Of a stretch of DNA of 64,000 bases, positions 8,063 to 16,683 are shown one piece after another. Location of the stretch: assembly GCA_964384235.1 (NCBI GenBank), contig CAYLJX010000001.1, forward strand, positions 86,792 to 150,791. The letters are read 5' to 3'. Both the position numbers and the translations under genes were made by a program. How positions within the stretch are numbered: the stretch's first letter is position 1; each line of letters starts with the position of its first letter. The stretch comes from an uncultured Bdellovibrionales bacterium (GTDB lineage: Bacteria; Patescibacteriota; Minisyncoccia; Moranbacterales; UBA1568). The notes beneath the pieces are model-generated. The model searched no databases. It worked only from the letters and a program-made list of their open reading frames with translations, and was not told the origin of the DNA.

Positions 8063-10150
8063 TTGCGACATATGACGCTCGAATACGTCCTGGCACTTTT
8101 CGTGCTGATGCTCATCTCGATGGGTGTGTTTTTCTTCGCCGGCCGCATCAAGGTGCCGTACACGGTGCTCCTGGTGCTCGTGGGATCGCTCCTGGTGCCG
8201 CTCTCTTCCGTGCCCGGTTTCCGTTTTCTCGGTGAGTTTCAGCTGACACCGGAGCTTCTCTTCTATATTTTCCTGCCCATCCTCATTTTCGAATCCGCCT
8301 ACAACATGCGGATACGGGAACTGCAGGAGAATATCCGTTCCGTCTCCTGGTTCGCGGTCGGCAGCCTCATCCTCTCGACGTTCTTCGTGGCGGGAGGGTT
8401 GTTCTTCGCTCTGCGGCTCATCGGTCTGGAGGTACCGTTCCTGGTGACGCTGCTCTTCGGGGCGCTCATTTCCGCGACCGATCCGGTAGCCGTTCTCGCA
8501 CTCTTCAAAGAGTTCGGGGTGCCGCGGCGGCTCTCGTTCATCTTCGAAGGAGAGAGTCTCTTCAACGACGGAACGTCACTAGCGGCCTTCCTCATCGTTC
8601 TGGAAGTCGTACTCAAGGGCTTCTCCGGAACGGGAACGGTTCTCGAGGGCGTTTTCATGTTTACGACGATGGTGGCGGGAGGCGTCGCGTTCGGTATCCT
8701 CATGGGGTTCCTCTTCGCGAAGCTCATCGAGAAGGCCGAGGGAAACGAGCATGTCGAGATCACGCTGACGCTTCTCGTCGCGCACCTGACATTCATCCTC
8801 TCCGAAGTGCTCTCGCACCATCTAGTGATCGCCGGTCAGGAGATCAAGTTCTCCTCCATCATCGCCACGGTCATGGCTTCCATGGTCATCGGCAATTACG
8901 GGCGTTCCAAACTGTCCGTCAAGACGGCGCACTTCATGGAGCGGTTCTGGGGGTACTTCGCCTTCGTGGCCAACTCCCTTGTCTTCATCACCATGGGACT
9001 CCTGTTCGCGAGCCTGCCGATCGATTTCGTGCCGTTCGTCGCGCCGATCCTGCTCGCGGTCTTCGTGGTGATGGTGGGCCGCGCCGTTTCCATCTATCCG
9101 GTCGCTGCCTGGCTCAACTTTTCCGGGAAGGAGAAGCGGATCCCGACCGCCTGGCAGCACCTCCTCGCCTGGGGGAGCCTGCGCGGGGCGCTCGCCGTCA
9201 CGATGGTGCTTCTCATTCCCGACGACCTGGTCCTGCCCGGCTGGCAGTATGACTTCACCATCAAGGAATTCATCACGGCGATCACCATCGGCTGCATCTA
9301 CTTCACGCTCTTCGTGAAGGCGACCACTATCGGGAGCATGATCAAACGCTACCGGTTGGACGCGCTGACGCCCACGGAACGGGCCGAGTATCACCAGAGC
9401 CGCACGTTCATCTTTTCGTACGCGCTGGAGAAGATCGGCGGTTTCCTCGAGAAGGGGTATGTGCCCGCCACGGTGCATGACCGGCTCGAGCGCGAGCTCA
9501 TGACGAAACGGGACGGGGAATATGCCGCCTGTGAAAAGATGCTCGGTCGGCGGTCGGAGGATTTCGAGCAGGCCCTGCGCATCTACGCGCTCGGCATCGA
9601 ACGCTACATCCTCAGGATGCTCTACCGTTTCGACGAGGTGAGCGAATCCGTCTACAAGAGGATCCTGACGAAGCTCGAGGTCCAGCAGGAACGGGTCGAG
9701 GAAGGCACTCCTCAGGTCCGGTCGCTCGATGAGCATTTCACGCCGGACTGGTTCGAACAGATGACCGGATTCGTCCGTTCCCGGTTGTTTCATCCGTCAG
9801 CGGAAGAATCCCTCAGGGAGCGATACATGTATTATCGGGCGCAGGAGATCATGGCCCGCAAGGCCGTCAAGGAATTAGGGAAGCTCAAGCACCGTTCCCG
9901 GCTGGAGTCGGAGATGTATTGCCGCGTGCTGGACGAGACGGTGGCCGCCTATCAGGCGTTTCATGATGACGCGCGGAAACGGACGGCGGAACTGGTCGCT
10001 GGAAACGGGACCGTCCTTCGGGAAATCGATCAGGAATTCGGACAGAGGAGCGTGAAGAAAGCGCTCGCGGAAGGACTGAACGAACTGACCCGCAAAGAAA
10101 TGCTTCCGTCCAAGCTTGCTGTCCTTTTGGAGGACGAGTTCGCGGGATAG
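8063..10150 (+). CDS. CPA1-family Na+/H+ (cation:proton) antiporter, NhaP-type, with a ~290-aa cytoplasmic C-terminal domain
   Basis: About 400 aa with 10-12 TM helices carrying antiporter motifs ('FEGESLFNDGTSLAAF', 'LSEVLSHHLVIAG'), then a charged soluble tail. Confidence 0.75.
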   Translation: MRHMTLEYVLALFVLMLISMGVFFFAGRIKVPYTVLLVLVGSLLVPLSSVPGFRFLGEFQLTPELLFYIFLPILIFESAYNMRIRELQENIRSVSWFAVGSLILSTFFVAGGLFFALRLIGLEVPFLVTLLFGALISATDPVAVLALFKEFGVPRRLSFIFEGESLFNDGTSLAAFLIVLEVVLKGFSGTGTVLEGVFMFTTMVAGGVAFGILMGFLFAKLIEKAEGNEHVEITLTLLVAHLTFILSEVLSHHLVIAGQEIKFSSIIATVMASMVIGNYGRSKLSVKTAHFMERFWGYFAFVANSLVFITMGLLFASLPIDFVPFVAPILLAVFVVMVGRAVSIYPVAAWLNFSGKEKRIPTAWQHLLAWGSLRGALAVTMVLLIPDDLVLPGWQYDFTIKEFITAITIGCIYFTLFVKATTIGSMIKRYRLDALTPTERAEYHQSRTFIFSYALEKIGGFLEKGYVPATVHDRLERELMTKRDGEYAACEKMLGRRSEDFEQALRIYALGIERYILRMLYRFDEVSESVYKRILTKLEVQQERVEEGTPQVRSLDEHFTPDWFEQMTGFVRSRLFHPSAEESLRERYMYYRAQEIMARKAVKELGKLKHRSRLESEMYCRVLDETVAAYQAFHDDARKRTAELVAGNGTVLREIDQEFGQRSVKKALAEGLNELTRKEMLPSKLAVLLEDEFAG

Positions 10151-10235
10151 GTATCCCTTTCGGGGTCGGACACGAATCTTGGCATCGGGCGTGATTTCCC
10201 GTATACTGTGAGGAGTCAGCGGTTAACGTTTCCTT

Positions 10236-10850
10236 ATGGAATTTTTCGGTATCGACCTGGTGGAGCTCATCAAGCTTGTCGGTCTCGTCGGGCTTTTCGC
10301 GATCGTGTTCGCGGAGACGGGGCTGTTCCTGGGATTTTTTCTCCCGGGAGACAGTCTGCTCTTCGTGGCAGGGTTTCTCGCGGCGGACGGATTCTTTTCA
10401 CTCCCGATTCTTCTTTTGGTGCTCTTCGTGGCGGCGGTGACGGGCAATCTGGTCGGGTACGAGTTCGGCCGGCGCGTGGGGGAGAAGCTCTTCAGCAAGG
10501 AGGATTCCCTTATCTTCAAGAAAGCGCACGCCGTGAAGGCACAGAACTTCTATGAAAAGCACGGTCCCAAGACCATCGTCTTGGCGCGTTTCATGCCGAT
10601 CGTCCGGACCTTCGCTCCGATCGTGGCCGGTGTCGCCAAGATGCGCTTCTCGGTCTTTTTCATGTACAACCTGATCGGAGCGCTGGCCTGGATCATTCTC
10701 TTGGTGCTTCTGGGGTACTCCCTCGGAAATGTCATCGATGTGGACAAGTATCTCCTGCCGATCGTTCTCCTCATCGTGTTCCTGTCTTTTCTCCCGGGGG
10801 TCGTGAGTTATGTCCGCGAGAAGCGCCGGGCAGCCGTTCCGACTGAATAG
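10236..10850 (+). CDS. DedA/SNARE-associated (VTT-domain) membrane protein
   Basis: 'FAETGLFLGFFLPGDSLLFVAGFLAA', 'GYEFGRRVGEKLFSKEDSLIF', 'KAQNFYEKHGPKTIVLARFMPIVRTFAPIVAGV' form the DedA core. Confidence 0.85.
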   Translation: MEFFGIDLVELIKLVGLVGLFAIVFAETGLFLGFFLPGDSLLFVAGFLAADGFFSLPILLLVLFVAAVTGNLVGYEFGRRVGEKLFSKEDSLIFKKAHAVKAQNFYEKHGPKTIVLARFMPIVRTFAPIVAGVAKMRFSVFFMYNLIGALAWIILLVLLGYSLGNVIDVDKYLLPIVLLIVFLSFLPGVVSYVREKRRAAVPTE

Positions 10851-10871
10851 GGACTGAGAATAGGGGATTTT

Positions 10872-10902
10872 TTGACAAAAAAGCCAAAAAGAGTAAGATA
10901 AT
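10872..10902 (+). promoter_or_regulatory. Candidate promoter for the complex-I-like operon (TTGACA ... GATAAT)
   Basis: 'tTTGACAaaaaagccaaaaagagtaaGATAATttt'. The spacer is 19 nt, so this is a weak call. Confidence 0.3.
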
Positions 10903-10968
10903 TTTGTTATAGCGAATATATCGCCAAGGAGGGGGCGGCGATTTTCTGTTGCCGAAATTCCCGGATAT

Positions 10969-11499
10969 ATGTATCAATTGCTCCGAAAAATCTTCGTGAC
11001 CCCCAAGTTAACGATTCCCAAGGAAGAACTGCTCCAGGAAGATGTGGCCGTGATAGGGGAGAAGCTCGAGGCTTCCGTCCGAAAGCTTTTCAAGGGATCG
11101 CTTGCCATCCGCGAGGTGGCGGCCGGATCGAGCAATGCCGAGGAACAGGAACTCACGGCGCTCACCAATCCGTACTATGATATCGAACGTTTCGGCGTCC
11201 ATTTTGTCGCGTCTCCACGGCATGCCGATATGCTCTTCGTCACCGGTCCGGTCTCACGCAACATGGGGGAGGCGCTTAAGCGCACCTATGAGGCGATGCC
11301 GACTCCGAAGTACGTGGTAGCGGTGGGGGACGGCGCCATTGATGCAGGAGTGTACCGTGATTCCTATGCTGTCTACAACAGCGTGGCGGACGTCATTCCG
11401 GTCGATTTCAAGATTCCTGGTGATCCTCCTTCTCCCAAGACGGTCATGGCATCCCTTTTGAAGATCCTGGAAACGATTGATTCCGAAAAAACTCCCTAG
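10969..11499 (+). CDS. NuoB / [NiFe]-hydrogenase-small-subunit-like protein in which all four Fe-S (N2 cluster) cysteine ligands are replaced
   Basis: 'HFVASPRHADMLFVTGPVSRNMGEALKRTYEAMPTPKYVVAVGDGAIDAGVYRDSYAVYNSVADVIPVDFKIPGDPP' aligns to NuoB 'QSDLMVVAGT...[24 protein letters not shown]...[22 protein letters not shown]'. The CC, GAC and GCP cysteines are A/G, D and D here. Confidence 0.7.
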   Translation: MYQLLRKIFVTPKLTIPKEELLQEDVAVIGEKLEASVRKLFKGSLAIREVAAGSSNAEEQELTALTNPYYDIERFGVHFVASPRHADMLFVTGPVSRNMGEALKRTYEAMPTPKYVVAVGDGAIDAGVYRDSYAVYNSVADVIPVDFKIPGDPPSPKTVMASLLKILETIDSEKTP

Positions 11500-11513
11500 C
11501 CTCCTTCCTGCAT

Positions 11514-13571
11514 ATGATGGAATTCCTGCTTTCTTCAACTAGTATCCTTTTTCTGATCAGTCTTTTCCTGATCGGCGGTTTCGGGGCGCTGTTTCTGGAG
11601 CGCTTTTTCGATGACGGCGGCCGGATAGGGGGGATCTTCGCTCATGCGTTCGCGACGGCCGGATCGCTCCTGGGACTCGGGATCGCTTCCTCGGCCCTTC
11701 TGTCCGGACAGGGCATCAGTCTGCAGTTGCCGAGCGTCTTTCCTCTCTTCTCGTTCGCGTTCCGTCTCGACGGGCTTTCGGCGTTTTTCCTGGCGGTCGT
11801 GTCGCTCGTCGCCTTCGCCGCTTCCCTGTACGGTCTCTCGTATCAGAAACATTTCCTGGGTCAGTATCGTCTGGGACGCCTCGGCTTTTTCTACAATATT
11901 TTCGTCGGGAGCCTGATGCTGGTCACGCTTGCCAATCAGGGGCTTTTCTTCCTCTTCGTCTGGGAGATCATGTCGCTCGCGTCGTATTTCCTCGTCGTCT
12001 TCGAACATAAGAAGGATGAGAATATCCGCGCCGGCTTCCTGTACTTCCTCATGACGCACTTCGGGACCGTGTTCATCACGCTTGCGTTCTTCCTCGCGTA
12101 CCAGGCCACCGGATCGTTCCACTTCGATGTCTGGCGCGAATCCTTCGGGACGCTCTCGCCGACGGTGCAGGGACTGATCTATCTCTTCGTGCTCATCGGT
12201 TTCGGGACCAAGGCCGGTATCGTGCCCTTGCATATCTGGCTGCCCGAGGCGCATCCGGCCGCACCGTCCCATGTCTCCGCGCTCATGTCCGGCGTCATGA
12301 TCAAGACCGCGATCTTCATGTTCGTGCGGTTTTTCTTCGATTTCTTCCCGGGAGCATCGTACCAGTGGGGACTCGTCTTTCTGGTGCTCGGCGCCGTCGC
12401 GTCGCTTCTCGGTGTCCTGTACGCGCTTTCGGAGCATGACCTCAAGCGGCTTTTGGCGTATCACAGCGTGGAGAACATCGGTATCATCCTCTTGGGGTTC
12501 GGTGCTGCCGTCACTTTCTTCAGTCTGGGGCTTGAGAGCTTCGCCCTCTTCGCGCTCGCCGCATCGCTCTACCACACGATGAACCATGCCATCTTCAAAG
12601 CACTGCTCTTTTTGGGAGCAGGGTCGGTAGTTTCGGCCACCGGGACGCGTAATATGGAGGAGTACGGCGGACTGATCAAGCTGTTGCCGTTCACGTCGTT
12701 CTTCTTTCTCATCGGGTCGCTCGCCATCTCGGCCTTCCCGCCGTTCAACGGTTTCGCGAGCGAGTGGCTGACATTCCAGGCGCTCTTTGTCGGTATCGGA
12801 TCGGCCAGCATCCTGGTGAAGGCCGTTTTCATCGTCGCTATCGCGAGTCTCGCCTTTACTGGGGGGCTGGCGGCCGCCTGTTTCGTCAAGGCGTTCGGAG
12901 CGACATTCCTGGCCAAAGCGAGGAGTGCGGAGGTATCGCATGCGCATGAGGCAGCCCTTCCGATGCTCTTCGCGATGGGAGTGCTCGCGCTCCTGACGCT
13001 CGTTCTCGGCGTGTTCGCGACGTATGTGATCGCGGCCCTGGTCGCGGTCGTCGCGAGTATCGGACTCATCCAGCCGCAGACGCTCCAGTTCCCGTTCCTT
13101 GAGATCGTCTCGGCCCGGGACAACTTCGCTGACATCCTGCCGTTGGACCGGGTCGGATTCGCGCTGCTTCTCCTGCTGGTCCTCTCGATCGCCGTCGTCT
13201 CGTATCTGACGCGCCGCCGAAAAACCATCATCGGCAAGACGTGGGATTGTGGATATCCTCTCAATCCGCGTATGGAGATCACTGCGACGAGTTTCTCACG
13301 CTCGCTCATCACCATTTTCAAAGGCATCCTCAAGCCGACGAAACAGCATGATGTCGAGTACCATGACGAGAGCATGCGCTATTTCACCAAGGCAGAAGGC
13401 GTGACCCTCGGTTTCACGGACCTCTATCGCAAAGTCCTCTATCGTCCGCTGCACCGTATACTGCTTTTTTCCGCGACGCAGGCGAGACGGATCCAGGGAG
13501 GCAACATCAATGTCTATATCCTCTACGTGTTCGTCACCCTGATCGCGCTCCTTATCTGGTCCGCCCGCTAA
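11514..13571 (+). CDS. NuoL/MrpA/HyfB-like antiporter-type membrane subunit
   Basis: 685 aa, polytopic. 'FFLFVWEIMSLASYFLVVFEH', 'GIVPLHIWLPEAHPAAPSHVSALMSGVMIKTAIF', 'LLAYHSVENIGIILLGFG' are complex-I antiporter-like subunit motifs. Confidence 0.8.
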   Translation: MMEFLLSSTSILFLISLFLIGGFGALFLERFFDDGGRIGGIFAHAFATAGSLLGLGIASSALLSGQGISLQLPSVFPLFSFAFRLDGLSAFFLAVVSLVAFAASLYGLSYQKHFLGQYRLGRLGFFYNIFVGSLMLVTLANQGLFFLFVWEIMSLASYFLVVFEHKKDENIRAGFLYFLMTHFGTVFITLAFFLAYQATGSFHFDVWRESFGTLSPTVQGLIYLFVLIGFGTKAGIVPLHIWLPEAHPAAPSHVSALMSGVMIKTAIFMFVRFFFDFFPGASYQWGLVFLVLGAVASLLGVLYALSEHDLKRLLAYHSVENIGIILLGFGAAVTFFSLGLESFALFALAASLYHTMNHAIFKALLFLGAGSVVSATGTRNMEEYGGLIKLLPFTSFFFLIGSLAISAFPPFNGFASEWLTFQALFVGIGSASILVKAVFIVAIASLAFTGGLAAACFVKAFGATFLAKARSAEVSHAHEAALPMLFAMGVLALLTLVLGVFATYVIAALVAVVASIGLIQPQTLQFPFLEIVSARDNFADILPLDRVGFALLLLLVLSIAVVSYLTRRRKTIIGKTWDCGYPLNPRMEITATSFSRSLITIFKGILKPTKQHDVEYHDESMRYFTKAEGVTLGFTDLYRKVLYRPLHRILLFSATQARRIQGGNINVYILYVFVTLIALLIWSAR

Positions 13572-13586
13572 TTTTCCCGCATCCGT

Positions 13587-14558
13587 ATGAGTATCCTCAT
13601 CTTTCTCCTCCAACTGATCGTCGTGCCGGTTCTCTCACCGCTCTCTATCGGCATCGTCCGCAAGCTGAAGGCCCGGATGCAGAACCGCGTCGGCGCGAGC
13701 GTGTTCCAGCCGTACCGGGACCTGTGGAAACTCTTCCACAAAGACGAAGTCATCTCGGAGGATGCCTCCTGGATCTTCCGTTTTTCGCCGTATCTCATCT
13801 TCGCGGTCGTGCTCCTCATCGGGGCGGGGGTGCCCGTCGTGACGGCGCTCACCCCGTCGATCATCGCCGGGGACGGGGCTTCGGAATGGCTCTCGCTCCT
13901 TTCGGCGGGTGATTTTCTCGTCATCGTGTACCTCTTGGCGCTCGCGACATTCTTCCTGGCGCTTGGTGGGATGGAGACAGGGAGCGGTTTCGGAGGATTC
14001 GGCTCCAGCCGTGAGATGACCATGGCGGCGCTGACCGAGGGAGGACTCCTGTTCTCGCTCCTTTCCGTGTCCGTCGTCGCCCAGACGGGCAATGTCATGA
14101 CGATGGTGGAGAATCTCCAGCTCATGCCGTTTCAGGCCTTCCTGCCGCTTATCGTGGCGTTCTTCGCGTTCTACATCGCGCTCCTTTCCGAAAACGGTCG
14201 CTTCCCGGTGGACAACCCGGCGACCCATCTCGAGCTCACCATGATCCATGAGGCGATGATCCTTGAGTATTCCGGCAAGCGTCTCGCTCTTTTGGAGTGG
14301 GCGAGCTGGAGCAAGTTCCTCATCTTCGTCGTTCTGGGTGTCAACCTGTTCTTTCCGTGGGGGGTGGCGACGAGTCTGGAACCGAAAGTACTGCTTCTTT
14401 CAACGGTTTTCTTTGTGCTCAAGACCCTCGTGCTTTTGGGAAGCGTCGCGTTTCTCGAATCGACCATGGCGAAATTCCGCATTTTCCGCGTTCCGGATCT
14501 CCTGTTCACCTCGTTCGTTCTCGGTGTCATCGCCCTTGGCATCATCATAACCTTTTAG
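13587..14558 (+). CDS. NuoH/HycD/HyfC-like membrane subunit
   Basis: 'RKLKARMQNRVGASVFQPYRDLWKLFHKDEV' resembles the NuoH/HycD N-terminal 'RKxxARxQxRxGP...QPxADxxKLxxKE' motif; about 8 TM helices. Confidence 0.75.
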   Translation: MSILIFLLQLIVVPVLSPLSIGIVRKLKARMQNRVGASVFQPYRDLWKLFHKDEVISEDASWIFRFSPYLIFAVVLLIGAGVPVVTALTPSIIAGDGASEWLSLLSAGDFLVIVYLLALATFFLALGGMETGSGFGGFGSSREMTMAALTEGGLLFSLLSVSVVAQTGNVMTMVENLQLMPFQAFLPLIVAFFAFYIALLSENGRFPVDNPATHLELTMIHEAMILEYSGKRLALLEWASWSKFLIFVVLGVNLFFPWGVATSLEPKVLLLSTVFFVLKTLVLLGSVAFLESTMAKFRIFRVPDLLFTSFVLGVIALGIIITF

Positions 14559-14561
14559 TTT

Positions 14562-15218
14562 ATGGAATTTTCCGCTGAACTTTTCTTCTTTCTCGACCTG
14601 CTCGCGTTTCTCGCGGCGATCTTCATGCACCTCGTGAAGAAGAATGCCAACCTGATCCGGCTCTACGTGGCGCAGTCCCTTGCCGTTTCCGTGCTGCTCC
14701 TGGTCATCGGACTGAGCGAGGGGGAACAGAGTCTCATTTGGATCGCGGTGCTCACGTTCGCCATCAAGAGTGTCGCGGCCCCGGCCTTCTTTTTCCGCCT
14801 CATGCGGCGCTTCGGATCGCAGTTCACCGCGAGCAACTACCTCAATACCCCGCTCACGCTCCTCGTCTTGGCGGCCCTCATTATTCTTGCGTATTCCCGC
14901 GTCTTCCTGCCGCTCGGCACGCTCGTTCCGCAGGCGGTCGGGTATCTTTCTCTCACCCTCTCGATCGTCTTCGTATCGATATTCCTCATGATCAATCGCC
15001 GCGGGGCGTTCGCCCAGATGGTCGGCATCCTGTCACTCGAGAACGGTATCGTACTCCTGGCGGCCCTCATCGGTATACAGCAGCCGCTTGCCCTGGAAAT
15101 CGGCATCATCTTCGACATCGTCATCTGGATGGTCATCGCCAACGTGTTCATCGCCATGATCTATCGCCAGTTCGGTTCGCTCAACATCACCGAGCTTAAA
15201 CGTCTCACGGAAGATTAA
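14562..15218 (+). CDS. HyfE/NuoK-NuoJ-like small membrane subunit
   Basis: 218 aa, about 6 TM helices. Its size and operon position match hydrogenase-4 component E / Mrp-like small subunits. No catalytic motif. Confidence 0.55.
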   Translation: MEFSAELFFFLDLLAFLAAIFMHLVKKNANLIRLYVAQSLAVSVLLLVIGLSEGEQSLIWIAVLTFAIKSVAAPAFFFRLMRRFGSQFTASNYLNTPLTLLVLAALIILAYSRVFLPLGTLVPQAVGYLSLTLSIVFVSIFLMINRRGAFAQMVGILSLENGIVLLAALIGIQQPLALEIGIIFDIVIWMVIANVFIAMIYRQFGSLNITELKRLTED

Positions 15219-15223
15219 ACCCT

Positions 15224-16678
15224 ATGCAGCTCACGTTTCTCATCGCTTTGCCGCTTCTCGTCGTCTGTTTCATCGCGCTCCTGCAGGCGAGGCACGTCCG
15301 TTTCATCGAGGCGGCGGTCGTTCTCTCGGCCTTCGTCGAGTTCGGTCTCGCACTAGTGCTTCTCCCGTCGGTCCTCGCGAACGGGGCGGTGGCAGCCACC
15401 TCTTTCTTTTCGCTGGATGCCTTCGGGGCGTTCCTGTCGCTCATCATCGCGCTCGTCGGATTGTTTGTCAGTCTCTACTCCGTCGGGTACCTGCGGGCGG
15501 AAGTGACCAAGGGGATCATCGGTCTGCGGCGCGTCCGCCAGTACTATCTCCTCCTGGAGCTCTTCCTCTTCGCGATGATGCTCGCGGTCGCGACCATCAA
15601 TCCGGTCGTCATGTGGATCGCCATCGAGGCCACGACGCTCTCCACGGCGTTCCTCATCAGCTTCTACAACAAGCCTTCCGCGACGGAAGCGGCGTGGAAG
15701 TACCTCATCCTCAACTCCCTGGGACTGCTCCTCTCCCTCCTCGGAACGCTCATGTTCCTCGCCCTGCCGGAACTGAAAAGCGGCTCGCTCACCTGGGAGA
15801 ACCTGCGTGCCGCGGCGGGTGATTTCCATCCGCTCGCGGTCAAGGTCGCCTTCGTGTTCATCCTGGTCGGGTACGGGACCAAGGCCGGCCTGGTGCCGTT
15901 CCATACCTGGAAGCCGGATACCTATTCCAAGGCGCCGGCCCCGGTCGTCGCGCTGCTTTCCGGTGTCCTTCTCAACGTGGCGTTTTTCGCGATCATGCGT
16001 TTCAAGGGCGTGACGGATGCGGCGCTCCAGTCCGAATTCGCTGGGGGACTTCTCATCTTCTTCGGAACGCTGTCCGTGGCGCTCGCCGCACTCATCATTT
16101 TCATCCAGAAGAACTACAAGCGGCTCCTCGCCTATTCCAGCATCGAACATGCGGGACTCATCGCGCTCGGCTTCGGCTTCGGCGGTATCGGGACGTTCGC
16201 GGCCCTGCTCCACATGTTGTACCACTCGCTCACCAAGGCACTCCTCTTTTTCGGATCAGGAAACATCTTCCTCAAGTACAGCTCCACCAAGATGAAGAAC
16301 GTGACGGGCGTTCTCCAGGTATTGCCGGCGACGACGGTGCTGTTTTTTGCCGGGTTCATCGCGATCGCCGGACTGCCGCCTTTCGGAATATTCGTGTCCA
16401 AGATGCTCCTGCTTTCGGCTGGTATGGGCGAGCATCCGGTCCTGGTGGGTTTCATCCTGCTTTCCCTGGCGGTCGTCTTCTTCGGTTTCTTCCGGCATCT
16501 CACCGCGCTCCTCTTCGGTGAGCCGGCCCCGGGCATCGAGAAGGGGGAGATGCACATACTGACGCTCTTCCCGGTCTTTCTTCTGGCCGGACTGATCATC
16601 GTCTTGAGTTTCCACTTCCCTGCGGAACTGGAGCTGCTTATCGAGTCCGCGGCGGATAGTCTCTCGATCAAACCCTAA
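15224..16678 (+). CDS. NuoN/NuoM/HyfF-like antiporter-type membrane subunit
   Basis: 'GLVPFHTWKPDTYSKAPAPVVALLSGVLLNVAFFAIMRF', 'LLAYSSIEHAGLIALGFG'. Confidence 0.8.
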   Translation: MQLTFLIALPLLVVCFIALLQARHVRFIEAAVVLSAFVEFGLALVLLPSVLANGAVAATSFFSLDAFGAFLSLIIALVGLFVSLYSVGYLRAEVTKGIIGLRRVRQYYLLLELFLFAMMLAVATINPVVMWIAIEATTLSTAFLISFYNKPSATEAAWKYLILNSLGLLLSLLGTLMFLALPELKSGSLTWENLRAAAGDFHPLAVKVAFVFILVGYGTKAGLVPFHTWKPDTYSKAPAPVVALLSGVLLNVAFFAIMRFKGVTDAALQSEFAGGLLIFFGTLSVALAALIIFIQKNYKRLLAYSSIEHAGLIALGFGFGGIGTFAALLHMLYHSLTKALLFFGSGNIFLKYSSTKMKNVTGVLQVLPATTVLFFAGFIAIAGLPPFGIFVSKMLLLSAGMGEHPVLVGFILLSLAVVFFGFFRHLTALLFGEPAPGIEKGEMHILTLFPVFLLAGLIIVLSFHFPAELELLIESAADSLSIKP

Positions 16679-16683
16679 CGGCC

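Noticed and set aside
11535-12947. 470-aa ORF on the minus strand, rich in R/E/D/G
   Set aside because: Antisense to the well-conserved NuoL-like gene. Its low-complexity arginine/glutamate composition is typical of spurious antisense ORFs in high-GC DNA.
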